Positions 1 to 10,559 are shown, counted from the first letter of the stretch. The stretch: 59,352 nucleotides of DNA from a virus (IMGVR_UViG_3300043415_000084:1-59352), one strand, 5' to 3'. Notes: a model not told the origin generated them from the letters alone. Translations and numbers: made by a program.

Positions 1-192
1 GTGTAATTAGCGGTGTTTTGTACATGGGGATGGATGCCGCGCAAGAGGTAAATTGCGGGACTTTCCCGGTCAATGCGTGGACGCATGTAGCCATGTGTTA
101 CGACAATTCGGGAACAATTCTTCGATGCTATGTCAACGGAGTACAGGCAGGTACATACTCCTCGCCAACTATTACAACGTCTTCAACTAATT
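1..192. repeat. Terminal direct repeat / circular assembly overlap (copy 1)
   Basis: Identical to 59161-59352 except C65 vs G59225; it lies inside a coding sequence, as expected for a circularly assembled or permuted genome. Confidence 0.95.
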
Positions 193-1643
193 TCAGAATT
201 GGAGCTAGAGACTCTGGGGTGTGGGAGCTTAATGGATATATTTCCAATGTTCGTATTGTCAAAGGCACAGCGGTCTACACCTCAGCCTTCACGCCTCCAA
301 CTTCGCCCCTTACCGCGATCACGAACACAAGCCTGCTCACCTGCCAATCCAACCGTTTTGTTGACAACTCAGCCTCTCCTTTTACTATCACAGTAAACGG
401 TAACCCAAGCGTCCAAGCCTTCCAACCTTTCCCCGGTGCAACCACATGGAGTGCAAGCGTATTGGGTGGGAGTGGGTACTTTGATGGGACGGGGGATAAT
501 TTATCAATTGCCAATAACGCCGCGTTTCAGTTTGGGAGTGGGGATTTCACTGTTGAGGCGTGGGTTTACGCACCGTCGAACCCTCCCGGTATAGGATCTA
601 TTGTTTCTCATTCAGACGGGGCAAGTGCATCCGGCACGCAGTTTTTGGTCAGAACTGAAGGAAGTAACACATCCGTAGTAGCCGCTGTGTACTCTGGCGG
701 CACGGCTTACGTTGCAACATGGTCATCTGCGTTGCCGATTGGTCAGTGGAATCACGTTGCGTTCACCAGATCAGGAACATCTACTTATCTGTGGGTCAAC
801 GGAGTGCAGCGTGCCACGGCTAGTGTTGGCAGTGTATCCCTGAATACAACATCAACAGCCCTTACAATTGGCTCAAATGCAAGCGCGTCTGCTGATAACT
901 GGCTTGGTTATATTTCTGGTACTCGTATAACAAAAGGTGCGGCGCTTTATACTGCTACGTTTACGCCGCCTACCGCGCCACCAACAACCACAGTGTCTTC
1001 AGGGACGGTTGGGGTGCTCCTGAACTTCACCAACGCTGGAATCTTTGACAGCGCGATGATGAACGACTTGGAAACGGCAGGAAATGCTCAGGTCAGCACC
1101 AGCATAGTGAAGTACGGCACGGGGTCGATGGCGTTTGATGGCAGTGGTGATTATTTGGTTGGACCGATGACACCAAATCTTGTATTTGGTTCTGGGAATA
1201 TGACATTTGAGTTCTGGGTATACGCAAACACACTTAGTAATTTTGATACTATTTTTGACACCAGAACGAGTGGTGGTTACGGTAATGAAGCCTTTTCTGT
1301 CTTTTTAGATGGTGGTATTCCAAAACTATTTGCAGGTTCTTATTCTGGATCATCACCTGTTATAGCTGGAAGTTCTGCGATAAGCACAGCCACATGGACA
1401 CATATTGCTTTTACTAGATCAAGCGGGACAAATTATCTGTTTGTCAACGGGACTTCCATAACATCCAACTCCAATTCTTGGAACCAGACACTCGTAACAA
1501 CCAACATTTTTCGTATTGGTGAACAAGTAAGTGGTGACGTAAGACCTCTTGACGGCTACATCGACGACCTGCGAATCACTAAAGGCGTGGCCCGTTACAT
1601 CTCTAATTTCACGCCACCGATAGCTCGGATGCCAAACCAATAA
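1..1643 (+). CDS. 3' part of LamG/concanavalin-A-like tail fibre / receptor-binding protein (gene starts at 58707, ~698 aa in total)
   Basis: Repeated LamG modules (FDGTGD..GDFTVEAW..WNHVA..YISxxRITKG); in frame with ATG 58707 across the junction. Confidence 0.85.
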   Translation, partial: VISGVLYMGMDAAQEVNCGTFPVNAWTHVAMCYDNSGTILRCYVNGVQAGTYSSPTITTSSTNFRIGARDSGVWELNGYISNVRIVKGTAVYTSAFTPPTSPLTAITNTSLLTCQSNRFVDNSASPFTITVNGNPSVQAFQPFPGATTWSASVLGGSGYFDGTGDNLSIANNAAFQFGSGDFTVEAWVYAPSNPPGIGSIVSHSDGASASGTQFLVRTEGSNTSVVAAVYSGGTAYVATWSSALPIGQWNHVAFTRSGTSTYLWVNGVQRATASVGSVSLNTTSTALTIGSNASASADNWLGYISGTRITKGAALYTATFTPPTAPPTTTVSSGTVGVLLNFTNAGIFDSAMMNDLETAGNAQVSTSIVKYGTGSMAFDGSGDYLVGPMTPNLVFGSGNMTFEFWVYANTLSNFDTIFDTRTSGGYGNEAFSVFLDGGIPKLFAGSYSGSSPVIAGSSAISTATWTHIAFTRSSGTNYLFVNGTSITSNSNSWNQTLVTTNIFRIGEQVSGDVRPLDGYIDDLRITKGVARYISNFTPPIARMPNQ

Positions 1644-1653
1644 GGAACCAAGA

Positions 1654-4359
1654 ATGACTCAAAGGTATATTGGTGGATTGATCTACAACCCTCCGGGCGG
1701 TTGGTCTGGGTACTTTGATGGGAGCGGGGATTACTTACAGGCCGGAACAAGTTCAAATTTGGCGCTAGGTTCGGGCGACTTCACTGTTGAGGGGTGGCAT
1801 TTTTGCACTGGCTATAACGGTGGCGGGGCGCTTTACTCAACAATCAATACCTATCCGTCAAGCACTGGGTTCCTGTTTTATATCTACTCTGATGGCAGCT
1901 ATACGATAGATGTGAACGGAACGATCTTAAAAACAACTGCGGTAGCCGCCTTAAATACTTGGGTGCATTACGCAGTGGTGCGTAGCGGATCGACAATTAC
2001 CATTTACGCCAATGGCACGTCTGTTGGAACCGTATCAAATAGCACAAATTTTACTGATCAATATGCAGTCATTGGTCGCACTGGCGCAGGTTCTGCATCT
2101 AATTATTACCTTGGTTATCTATCAAATTGTAGGACGGTCAAGGGCACGGCTGTATACACAACAGCTTTCACACCTCCCAACGGCCCCCTGCAAAACATTA
2201 CCAACACATCCTTGCTGACCTGCCGCTACCCCACTTTTGTGGATGGCTCAAACAACGCCTTCACGATTACAGTCAACGGCAACACGACGGTCAGCACCCA
2301 GAATCCTTTCCCGCTCACGACGCTACCCAACCCTGCACAGGGCAACGCTGGCAATGGCATCTTCAGCATGAGCCAGTATCAATCGCTGAAGCAGCAAAAC
2401 CTCTGGCCGGTAAGCGATCCGTATTTCGACTACACCACGCTCTTGCTGCACGGCAACGGCACCAACGGCGGTCAAAACAATACCTTCCAAGATTCATCAA
2501 GCAACAACTTCACGATCACAAGGAATGGCAACACGACCCAAGGCACCTTCAGCCCATTTAGCCAGACGGGGTGGAGTAATTATTTTGATGGGAGTGGGGA
2601 TTATTTGACACTAGGGGGGCAGTCAGCTTTTGTATTTGGTACTGGCGATTTCACTATAGAAATGTTTGCGTATGTAACAAACACCGCTAATACAATCTTT
2701 GATTTGCGCCCAAGCACACCAAGCGGTGCTTATATAACTATTTATATGACTGGCGGGGTTATTTATTACTATGCAAATGGAGCAAACCAGATAAATGGCG
2801 GCACTTTACCTTTAAACCAATGGGTACACATTGTTGCAAGCAGAGTTAGTAGTAATACAAGGTTATTTATTAATGGTGTGCAAGTAGGTTCAACTTACTC
2901 AGACACAACAAATTATACGACTAGCGGTTCACGCCCAATCATAGGTGCAGATGGTAATGTTACGGGATCGACCCCTATGATAGGTTATTTATCAAATTTG
3001 CGTGTTGTAAAAGGCTCTGGCGTTACTTCTGTAACAGTGCCAACCGCGCCCCTAACCAACATCACCAATACTTCTCTGCTCACCTGCCAATCTAACAGGT
3101 TTGTTGACAACTCCAGCAACGCATTCACCATCACAGTTACGGGCGATACCTCCGTCCAAGCCTTCTCACCCTTCCAACCAACATCGGCATGGAGCGCGTC
3201 AACAAACGGCGGCAGCGGGTACTTTGATGGGAGTGGGGATTCTCTTTCCGTCGCCGCAAACGCTGCATGGAACCTTGGAAGTTCAGCGTTTACGATTGAA
3301 TGTTGGAGTTACCCAACTGCGTCGCAATCCGACAAGCACCTGTTTAGCCTGAACAGCTCAGGTGGTACGGGCTATTGGGTATTACGCTATGACACGGGAA
3401 CGGTGCCACAGTTTATTTATAACAACTATGGCACATCCCTGACTTCATCAACGGCTGCAACGCTTAATCAATGGAATCACATAGCAATGGTTTCTAACGG
3501 CAGCACGATGAGCCTTTATCTGAACGGCACTCGGGTTGCCACAGCATCGGCTTCTTCAATCAATGATGGATCTTCCAACCCGCTGTATGTTGGGAGTCAA
3601 TATGGCGTCAACCGTGATATTTCGGGCTATTTAGCAAGCGGTCGAGTAGTCAAAGGTAGCGCGGTTTATGATCCGTCTCAATCCACGCTGACAGTCCCAA
3701 CCGCACCTCTAACCGCCATCACCAACACCCAACTTCTCCTCAACTTCACCAACGCAGGCATCATCGACAGCACTGCCAAGAACGATTTGCAGACCGTAGG
3801 CAACGCGCAGATCAGCACCGCGCAGAGCAAGTTCGGCGGGGCGTCGATGTATTTCGATGGGACGGGGGATTATTTGCAAAACCGTCTGACTGATCTAACC
3901 AACTTTGGTACGGGCGACTTTACGATGGAGTGTTGGATTTATCCAACTGCCTCTGGATCGCTTAGGACTATTGTTGATACACGCGGTACAGATATAAATG
4001 CCGCCTACGGGTGGTTTTTGAGTGCAAGCGATAAGTTAGACTTTTTGTATAAAGGTTCTTCGCCATTTCGTCTTACATCATCTGGTAGCGTGTCTACAAA
4101 TACATGGACGCATGTCGCTGTTTGTAGAGCATCAGGAACACTTCGCCTGTTTATTAACGGAAACATTGACGGTTCCGCAACAGTGACTGACAGCCTTAAC
4201 GGTGCGGCAGGTACGCGAATTGGCGGAGGTTATGCAGATGGATCGGGCAACCCCGGCTTTTATCTTACAGGCTACATCGACGACCTTCGCATCACCAAGG
4301 GATATGCCCGATACACCGCAAACTTCACCCCTCAACGCTCTCAATGGCAGGATCAATGA
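1654..4359 (+). CDS. LamG-repeat tail fibre / receptor-binding protein (4 LamG modules)
   Basis: Four YFDGSGD...GDFT(V/I/M)E..W.H.A...R..KG modules; paralogous to the preceding gene. Confidence 0.85.
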   Translation: MTQRYIGGLIYNPPGGWSGYFDGSGDYLQAGTSSNLALGSGDFTVEGWHFCTGYNGGGALYSTINTYPSSTGFLFYIYSDGSYTIDVNGTILKTTAVAALNTWVHYAVVRSGSTITIYANGTSVGTVSNSTNFTDQYAVIGRTGAGSASNYYLGYLSNCRTVKGTAVYTTAFTPPNGPLQNITNTSLLTCRYPTFVDGSNNAFTITVNGNTTVSTQNPFPLTTLPNPAQGNAGNGIFSMSQYQSLKQQNLWPVSDPYFDYTTLLLHGNGTNGGQNNTFQDSSSNNFTITRNGNTTQGTFSPFSQTGWSNYFDGSGDYLTLGGQSAFVFGTGDFTIEMFAYVTNTANTIFDLRPSTPSGAYITIYMTGGVIYYYANGANQINGGTLPLNQWVHIVASRVSSNTRLFINGVQVGSTYSDTTNYTTSGSRPIIGADGNVTGSTPMIGYLSNLRVVKGSGVTSVTVPTAPLTNITNTSLLTCQSNRFVDNSSNAFTITVTGDTSVQAFSPFQPTSAWSASTNGGSGYFDGSGDSLSVAANAAWNLGSSAFTIECWSYPTASQSDKHLFSLNSSGGTGYWVLRYDTGTVPQFIYNNYGTSLTSSTAATLNQWNHIAMVSNGSTMSLYLNGTRVATASASSINDGSSNPLYVGSQYGVNRDISGYLASGRVVKGSAVYDPSQSTLTVPTAPLTAITNTQLLLNFTNAGIIDSTAKNDLQTVGNAQISTAQSKFGGASMYFDGTGDYLQNRLTDLTNFGTGDFTMECWIYPTASGSLRTIVDTRGTDINAAYGWFLSASDKLDFLYKGSSPFRLTSSGSVSTNTWTHVAVCRASGTLRLFINGNIDGSATVTDSLNGAAGTRIGGGYADGSGNPGFYLTGYIDDLRITKGYARYTANFTPQRSQWQDQ

Positions 4360-4574
4360 TGACCGTCTTTCCGATCTGTCAGCAGGGCAAGATGTGTGCT
4401 GGACCTGATCCGTTGCACACCCACGGCCTAAAAACCCTCAACGAGAAGGTGCTTAGGCTGGATCAGGCAGGTTTCCAGTTATTCCCCCGCACGGGAAACT
4501 CCACGGGACGCAAAAGCGTTTCGTCACAATGACTCATCAGCCGTGGTAGAAAAGTATAACGTAACAAGGAATCA

Positions 4575-4892
4575 ATGATGCTTTACTCCAAAAACGGATC
4601 AATACCCAAGCCGCAAACGGATGGCACGGATGGTTGGATTGAAGTGCCTGAGCCACCCACGGCAGCAGACGGTCAGGAAGTTGTTTGGTGGTTTCCACCG
4701 GGATGGGTTGTTCGCCCTGTAAAGCCTGCGGATGAGGCTGGCTTTGTGTGGAATTGGTCTCAGTCCAGTGAGGTATGGGTCAAGTCTGAAGCGCCCGACC
4801 CCACTGCTGAACCCCTGCAAACCATCACGCTTGACGCTGCTACAGCAGGGATTGTATTAAGCAGCTTTACCGCTGGTGAAACGATTATCTAG
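4575..4892 (+). CDS. Putative tail-fibre assembly/chaperone-like protein
   Basis: Trp/Pro-rich small protein directly after the fibres; AAGGA RBS. Confidence 0.5.
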   Translation: MMLYSKNGSIPKPQTDGTDGWIEVPEPPTAADGQEVVWWFPPGWVVRPVKPADEAGFVWNWSQSSEVWVKSEAPDPTAEPLQTITLDAATAGIVLSSFTAGETII

Positions 4893-4900
4893 GAGGCTTT

Positions 4901-5062
4901 ATGACCCTTAACCTACCCATCGACCTTGCCAATCAGATCATTGGCTACCTGGGCACCCGTCCGTACCAAGAAGTGTACCAACTGATTGACGGCATGAAAG
5001 AAGCCGCAAAGCCGCCGATTACGGGTTTGCATGAGGTTCCACGGGAGCAAGAGGTAGCTTAA
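4901..5062 (+). CDS. Small hypothetical protein (53 aa, MTLNLPIDLANQIIGYLGTRPYQEV...)
   Basis: Read manually, not in ORF track; AGGAGG RBS upstream; fills the gap between neighbouring genes. Confidence 0.7.
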   Translation: MTLNLPIDLANQIIGYLGTRPYQEVYQLIDGMKEAAKPPITGLHEVPREQEVA

Positions 5063-5063
5063 T

Positions 5064-5261
5064 ATGAGCGACGACCTGGACAAGCGCTTATCGGTGCACG
5101 AAGCGATCTGCGAGCAACGCTACAAAAATATCGAAGAGTCACTCGATAACGGCAAGGCTCGGATGAAACATATCGAGTGGCTACTTTACGCCACCATCCT
5201 CGCTGTTCTGTTTGGACCGGGTGTCGCCGCAACGTTCGTTAAGCGTTTTCTTGGTATATGA
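5064..5261 (+). CDS. Small membrane protein (coiled coil + C-terminal TM), lysis region
   Basis: HEAICEQRY coiled segment followed by hydrophobic WLLYATILAVLFG. Confidence 0.6.
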   Translation: MSDDLDKRLSVHEAICEQRYKNIEESLDNGKARMKHIEWLLYATILAVLFGPGVAATFVKRFLGI

Positions 5262-5527
5262 ACTGGAGCGACGTCCTCAAGGCAGTCATCCCGGTCATCG
5301 TGGCTTCGTTGGCGTGGTTGCTTGGGCAAGTCGCGGACTTTTCAACACGCTTAACGAAGATCGAAGGCGCTATGCCTGCCCTCATTACCAAGGAGGGCGT
5401 CCCGACCGATAGCCCAATCTCCGCTGAGAAACGGGCCATTCAGAAAGAGCAGTTAATGCAGCATATTAATGAGCTTCAAGTTAAGGTCCGCCTGCTTGAA
5501 GAGCGCGAGAAGATGGGGAAGCGGTGA
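5258..5527 (+). CDS. Membrane-anchored coiled-coil protein, lysis region
   Basis: N-terminal TM (AVIPVIVASLAWLL); ATGA overlap with upstream gene. Confidence 0.55.
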   Translation: MNWSDVLKAVIPVIVASLAWLLGQVADFSTRLTKIEGAMPALITKEGVPTDSPISAEKRAIQKEQLMQHINELQVKVRLLEEREKMGKR

Positions 5528-6024
5528 TGCTGGACATTATTGGTGGTGGTCTTTTCGGTACGATCTTCGGTGGTCTATTTCGACTGGCTCCTGAAGTCTT
5601 GAAATTCCTGGACCGTAAAAACGAGCGACAGCATGAGCTTTCAATGTTTAATCGCCAATGCGAACTTGAGCAGATTCGAGGCGAAATGAAGCTCGCTGAG
5701 ATTGGGGCTGAGCGCGACAAAGCTATAGACACTGGTGTCATGTCCGCATTTGAAGCTGCAATCAATTCACAGACCGAAATGGCTAAAGCTGCCGGTGGTT
5801 GGGTGGCTTCGTTATCCGCCTCGGTTAGGCCCGTAGTCACTTATTGGATACTTGCGATTTGGTCCGCCTCGCACATTTGGTTCGCAATCATCGCCTCCCG
5901 TGAGGGTCTTCCCGTGCAGGAAGTGTTCAAGATGATCATGTCGCCTGATTTTGCTGCGTTGGTAGCCGGTACGTTCAATTATTGGTTTCTTGACCGCACT
6001 CTGAAGGCTCGAGGTCTCGCGTGA
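5524..6024 (+). CDS. Putative holin (3TM/GTA-holin-like)
   Basis: SVRPVVTY motif, hydrophobic helices, basic C-terminus, immediately upstream of the endolysin. Confidence 0.6.
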   Translation: MMLDIIGGGLFGTIFGGLFRLAPEVLKFLDRKNERQHELSMFNRQCELEQIRGEMKLAEIGAERDKAIDTGVMSAFEAAINSQTEMAKAAGGWVASLSASVRPVVTYWILAIWSASHIWFAIIASREGLPVQEVFKMIMSPDFAALVAGTFNYWFLDRTLKARGLA

Positions 6025-6482
6025 AGCTCAATCTCGCAGCCGAGCTTTGTCGCAGATTCGAAGGATTTTCCGCGAAGCCTTACCTCTGTCCCGCAGGTGT
6101 GTGGACGATTGGATACGGGTCCACTTACTATCAGAGCGGCGATCATGTTACCAGGGATGACCCTCAGATAACGCGTGAATACGCCGAACAATTGTTAATG
6201 CACGAACTTGTACACACCTACGCTCCCGGAGCGGTGAGGCAGTGTCCGGTGCTTCTCGCCGTAGCCGTAAAAGATCGCGACTGGGGTAAATTGAACGCTA
6301 TAGTCGATTTCTGTTACAATTTGGGTGTCGGACGATTGCAAACATCAACACTCAAGCGCAAAATCAACGCTCAGGACTGGGAAGGCGCGAAAGAGCAGCT
6401 CATGCTCTGGACTCGAGGGGGTGGTAAAGTGTTGCGAGGTCTGGTGATCCGTAGGCAAGCCGAGTGTGCACTAATAGGATGA
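6021..6482 (+). CDS. Endolysin, phage lysozyme (GH24)
   Basis: FEG..PYLCPAGVWTIGYG and GL..RR.AE motifs. Confidence 0.92.
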   Translation: MKLNLAAELCRRFEGFSAKPYLCPAGVWTIGYGSTYYQSGDHVTRDDPQITREYAEQLLMHELVHTYAPGAVRQCPVLLAVAVKDRDWGKLNAIVDFCYNLGVGRLQTSTLKRKINAQDWEGAKEQLMLWTRGGGKVLRGLVIRRQAECALIG

Positions 6483-6486
6483 AATC

Positions 6487-7116
6487 ATGGCAGTAACAAT
6501 GACTTACACAAGCCTTGCCGCAGACGTTCAGTCCTATCTGGAGCGCACGGATACAGCTACGATCGACAAGATCCCCACATTTATCATGCTCGCCGAGCAG
6601 ATCCTGGCAGCGGAGATTAAATTCCTCGGTAATCTGACGGTTGACACCTCGACTCTCACCGCGAACGACCCGGTGGTAGCTAAACCCGCTCGCTGGCGCA
6701 AGACGGTCTCGATTAACATCACCGTTGCCGGGGAACGTAGGCCAGTGCTTGAGCGCCGCTACGAGTACATTCGTAATTACTGGCCGGACCCGACCGAGAC
6801 CGAGGTGCCTCTTTACTACGCGGATTACGATTACACGCATTGGTTTTTAGGGCCGACTCCGGCTGCAGCATATTCCTTCGAAGTGCTGTACTACGAGCGC
6901 CCGGTGCCGCTGGATTCGACAAATCAAACGAACTGGTTCACCGAGTACGCACCACAAGCTATGCTTTACGGTTCGCTTTTGCAAGCGATGCCGTTCCTGA
7001 AGAATGATCCTCGGATTCCGACTTGGCAGTCGATGTACGACAAGTATGTAGCCGAGCTTAAGACCGAAGATAAGCTTCGCATCGCCGATCGTCAAGCCGT
7101 AGCCGTGGACACATGA
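6487..7116 (+). CDS. Tail adaptor / tail tubular-like structural protein
   Basis: GPTP..AYSFEVLYY and NW..EYAPQAMLYGSL pattern typical of podoviral adaptor proteins; position. Confidence 0.6.
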   Translation: MAVTMTYTSLAADVQSYLERTDTATIDKIPTFIMLAEQILAAEIKFLGNLTVDTSTLTANDPVVAKPARWRKTVSINITVAGERRPVLERRYEYIRNYWPDPTETEVPLYYADYDYTHWFLGPTPAAAYSFEVLYYERPVPLDSTNQTNWFTEYAPQAMLYGSLLQAMPFLKNDPRIPTWQSMYDKYVAELKTEDKLRIADRQAVAVDT

Positions 7117-7117
7117 T

Positions 7118-8314
7118 ATGCCTACTTACGTTTCTCCCTTTACCGGCGATATTGTTCAGCCTACCGATGTAAGCTACCGGTCATTTACGCTTTCCGCGAA
7201 CACGACGCTTGAGTGGCCACTAGCCAATAGCAACACCGGGACTTACGCTTCCAGGATCATGGAGGTGCTACCGACGACTTCGGGGCTTACGCTGCGGATG
7301 CCTGCCGCGAACGCCACGTCGGTCGGCACGGACTCGCTAATTCGTAACCTAGGAGCTAGTTCTTTTACGGTGGCGGACAACGCCGGGAATACGATAGTTA
7401 CGATTGCCGCAGGAGAGGCGCAATACGTTTATGTCACGACCAATTCGACCGCTGCAGGTACTTGGGGCGTGATCGCTTTCGGAATCGGTTCATCGGGGGC
7501 GGATGCAGCAGCACTCGCCGGAAAAGGACTCCTGGCAATCACCACCACACTGAACCAAAGCCACCCGGTCTTGGCTGCGTCCTCAGGCAGCACATTCACC
7601 ACCGCCGATCGTGCGCAAACGCGGCTATGGTCCGGTGGTGCCGGAAGTTACACACTACCCGCTGCGGCTACATTGGGCGACAATTGGTTCGTTCTGGTGA
7701 AGAACAATGGTACCGGAGCTTTCACGATTTCAACCACTGGTGTCGAACTTATTGATGGGGCATCGGCTAAGGTTTTTAATCCTGGTGAGTCCGCCTTCAT
7801 CGTGTGCACTGGAACTGCCTACATTACAGTGGGTTATGGGGTAAACGCGAACTTCGCGTTTACTGCGCTAGTAAAATCGGTAGCCCCGGGCGGTACTACT
7901 ACCCTGAACTCGAGCGAAGCTTCGAACAACATCCAGACCTTCACCGGCGCATTGACTAGCAACGCTACGGTGATCTACCCGCCGGTAGTAAATCTCTACG
8001 TGGTAAATAATCAAACGTCCGGGTCTTTCACCCTTACTCTGAGCACTGGGTTAGGTGCAACCACGACGGTAGCCCAAGGTACCAGAGCTACGGTGATCTG
8101 CGACGGTACGAATTTCTACACCGCGAGTTCAGCTTCGGTGACATCTGCTACTGTCACATTGGTTGATGGGACGGTAGTCGCGCCTTCGCTTTCTTTCGCT
8201 TCTGAGACCGGTACCGGGATTTGGAGACCGGCGGCGGGCCAACTCGCGATCGCGGTCACCGGAGTAAATAAGTTCCTTTTGACTTCCGACGGCCTAGCTG
8301 GGGGTGCATTTTAA
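7118..8314 (+). CDS. Tail fibre/spike-like structural protein
   Basis: Thr/Ala/Gly-rich beta protein, DGT..APSLSF..ETGTGI.R motif, C-terminal GGAF shared with 55544-57733. Confidence 0.6.
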   Translation: MPTYVSPFTGDIVQPTDVSYRSFTLSANTTLEWPLANSNTGTYASRIMEVLPTTSGLTLRMPAANATSVGTDSLIRNLGASSFTVADNAGNTIVTIAAGEAQYVYVTTNSTAAGTWGVIAFGIGSSGADAAALAGKGLLAITTTLNQSHPVLAASSGSTFTTADRAQTRLWSGGAGSYTLPAAATLGDNWFVLVKNNGTGAFTISTTGVELIDGASAKVFNPGESAFIVCTGTAYITVGYGVNANFAFTALVKSVAPGGTTTLNSSEASNNIQTFTGALTSNATVIYPPVVNLYVVNNQTSGSFTLTLSTGLGATTTVAQGTRATVICDGTNFYTASSASVTSATVTLVDGTVVAPSLSFASETGTGIWRPAAGQLAIAVTGVNKFLLTSDGLAGGAF

Positions 8315-10317
8315 TGACCCTTAAAGTCTTCGCACTCGATACCAAACCCGGCATTCAGCGGGATGGTACTCTCTTCGACAAGCTTTACTACACGGACGGT
8401 CGTTGGGTGAGGTTCCAGCGTGGTAGACCGAGGAAGATCGGCGGATATTCAAAAATCACTAGTGCAATCCGTGGCCCGGTACGTGGAATGTTCGTAAACC
8501 CGCAGGGGCTGCTGAATAACGTATTTACCGGGTATTCGGGTGGGTTGCAGAAGACTCCAGTCGATAATTATGGCGTGGGATCCGGAGTGTCCGACATGAC
8601 ACTTAGCGATTTCACGGCAAGCGTGAACAACCTCTGGCAATTTGACTCTTTCACGGACACCCTCGGGTCCGGTCTCACTTACTTGCTCGCGCACCCAGGT
8701 CAAAATCTTGCGGACCTGAATAGTTCAGCCAATACTCCGGTGCTCGCAGGTGACATTACCGGTTCCACTCTTGGTAAAATCGGAACATTCACGGACTCGG
8801 TGAGTCTAACTACCGGTCTGAATACAGGTACTGTCTCTACGGCGAACCCACTAATAGGTGCGGGTCAAACCGTGGGACCTACCACTAATTTTGCGGCGGG
8901 TACTACGGTAGTGAGTGTGGTCGGTACAACGGTCACTTTCTCCACTAACGCGCTCACCACTGGATCCGCAACGCTGACATTTGACAACAACGTCAGTGTC
9001 TCGGGTGGCGTGGTGGTTCTCCATCCCTACGTCTTTGTTTACGGGAACAATGGTCTTATTCGCAATTGCTCAAGCGGGAACTTCCAGGACTGGGTCACCG
9101 CCGACGCGAACGAAGTTAACGTCGCTACCGGCAAAATCGTGCAGGGTCTTCCGGTTCGGGGTGGTTCGAACTCACCCTCCGGACTTTTTTGGTCATTGGA
9201 CTCTTTGGTTCGTGTCAGTTACGCTCCCACTTCTATCACCGCTGGCGCGACGACCATCACTCAGTATTGGCGCTACGACATTATTTCGACTCAGTCCTCG
9301 ATCATGTCTTCGCAATGTGTCATCGAGTATGACGGCATCTACTATTGGTGTGGCGTTGACCGGTTCCTGCTGTACAACGGCGTGGTGAAAGAAATCCCTA
9401 ACCCGTTTAATCAGAATTACTTCTTCGATAACTTAAACTACACCTATCGCGAGAAGGTATGGGTCACCAAAGTACCACGGTTCGGTGAAGTCTGGTGGTT
9501 CTTCCCAAATGGTTCCTCGGCCACCGAGTGCAACGACGCGGTGATCTATAACATCCGCGAGAACTGCTGGTACGATGTGGGCACCGCAGTGGGGGCGCGA
9601 CGATCCGCTGGATATTTTTCGCAAGTGTTCGCGAGGCCTATCGAGGCTGGGGACGATATTACCTCGGCGAACGGCATCGAGAGTCTGACGATCACGAACC
9701 CTGGTGCTGGATACACGAATGGTACCTACAATAATCAAGCGCTGACAGGCGGCACGGGAACGGGCGCGACCGCCAACATCATCGTCGCCGGTGGCGTAAT
9801 TACCTCCGCTGTTATTTACACTCCAGGTCAGGGTTACACGGTGGGAGATGCCCTCACCGCTGCGATCCCTGCGGGGGCGGGACTCGTGCTTACGGTGGCT
9901 ACGGTCGGAAACTACATTACCCTGTGGCAGCACGAATACGGGACCGACGCTGTAGACGGAACCACAGTACTGGCGATCGAGTCCTACTTCGAAACAAACG
10001 ACCTTGGATGGGTATCTGGCGGACCTTCGGAGCCTGCGCCCACTGGCCAGAACAACTGGCTGCACCTGGAGCGTGTTGAACCTGATTTCATACTTTCCGG
10101 CGAAATGAATATGTACGTTACCGGGCGGTCTTATGCGCAAGGGTCGGACGATGTGACCGGGCCTTACACTTTCGACTCCACCACTACTAAGATCGACCTG
10201 CGAGAGCAGCGGCGCGAGCTAAGACTTAAATTCGTATCCAACGTCGCGGGTGGTAATTATCAACTGGGTAAGCTGCTCCTCAGCGCCGATCTAGGTGATG
10301 TCCGAGGGTATTCGTAA
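8314..10317 (+). CDS. Tail nozzle / DNA-stabilisation protein (P22 gp10-like)
   Basis: PGIQRDGT..WVRF.RGRPRKIGG N-terminus, FGEVWWFFP motif, size and position. Confidence 0.65.
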   Translation: MTLKVFALDTKPGIQRDGTLFDKLYYTDGRWVRFQRGRPRKIGGYSKITSAIRGPVRGMFVNPQGLLNNVFTGYSGGLQKTPVDNYGVGSGVSDMTLSDFTASVNNLWQFDSFTDTLGSGLTYLLAHPGQNLADLNSSANTPVLAGDITGSTLGKIGTFTDSVSLTTGLNTGTVSTANPLIGAGQTVGPTTNFAAGTTVVSVVGTTVTFSTNALTTGSATLTFDNNVSVSGGVVVLHPYVFVYGNNGLIRNCSSGNFQDWVTADANEVNVATGKIVQGLPVRGGSNSPSGLFWSLDSLVRVSYAPTSITAGATTITQYWRYDIISTQSSIMSSQCVIEYDGIYYWCGVDRFLLYNGVVKEIPNPFNQNYFFDNLNYTYREKVWVTKVPRFGEVWWFFPNGSSATECNDAVIYNIRENCWYDVGTAVGARRSAGYFSQVFARPIEAGDDITSANGIESLTITNPGAGYTNGTYNNQALTGGTGTGATANIIVAGGVITSAVIYTPGQGYTVGDALTAAIPAGAGLVLTVATVGNYITLWQHEYGTDAVDGTTVLAIESYFETNDLGWVSGGPSEPAPTGQNNWLHLERVEPDFILSGEMNMYVTGRSYAQGSDDVTGPYTFDSTTTKIDLREQRRELRLKFVSNVAGGNYQLGKLLLSADLGDVRGYS

Positions 10318-10559
10318 TGGCACTTGTTTACGACCCCCGGTACCACACCTGGGACTCTTGGGCGGCACTCATGGTCGAGGCCTATGGTGCACAGCAGCTC
10401 GAGATCCCGGGAAGCGAGGATGATTGGAAGTCTTGGGCTGCGGGATTCGCAGGAATTGACGTATTCGTCAAGGATGCAGTCCCAAGTCCCTACGTTTTCG
10501 AAGACTGGAAAGATTGGGCAGCGGAGTTGGTCAACGTCGTAAGCACATCGGTGAAATAA
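10317..10559 (+). CDS. Hypothetical Trp-rich structural-region protein
   Basis: Tightly packed between two structural genes. Confidence 0.6.
   Translation: MALVYDPRYHTWDSWAALMVEAYGAQQLEIPGSEDDWKSWAAGFAGIDVFVKDAVPSPYVFEDWKDWAAELVNVVSTSVK

Noticed and set aside
1-4359. Diversity-generating retroelement acting on tail fibres
   Set aside because: No reverse transcriptase and no TR/VR pair with adenine-specific differences; repeats are paralogous coding modules
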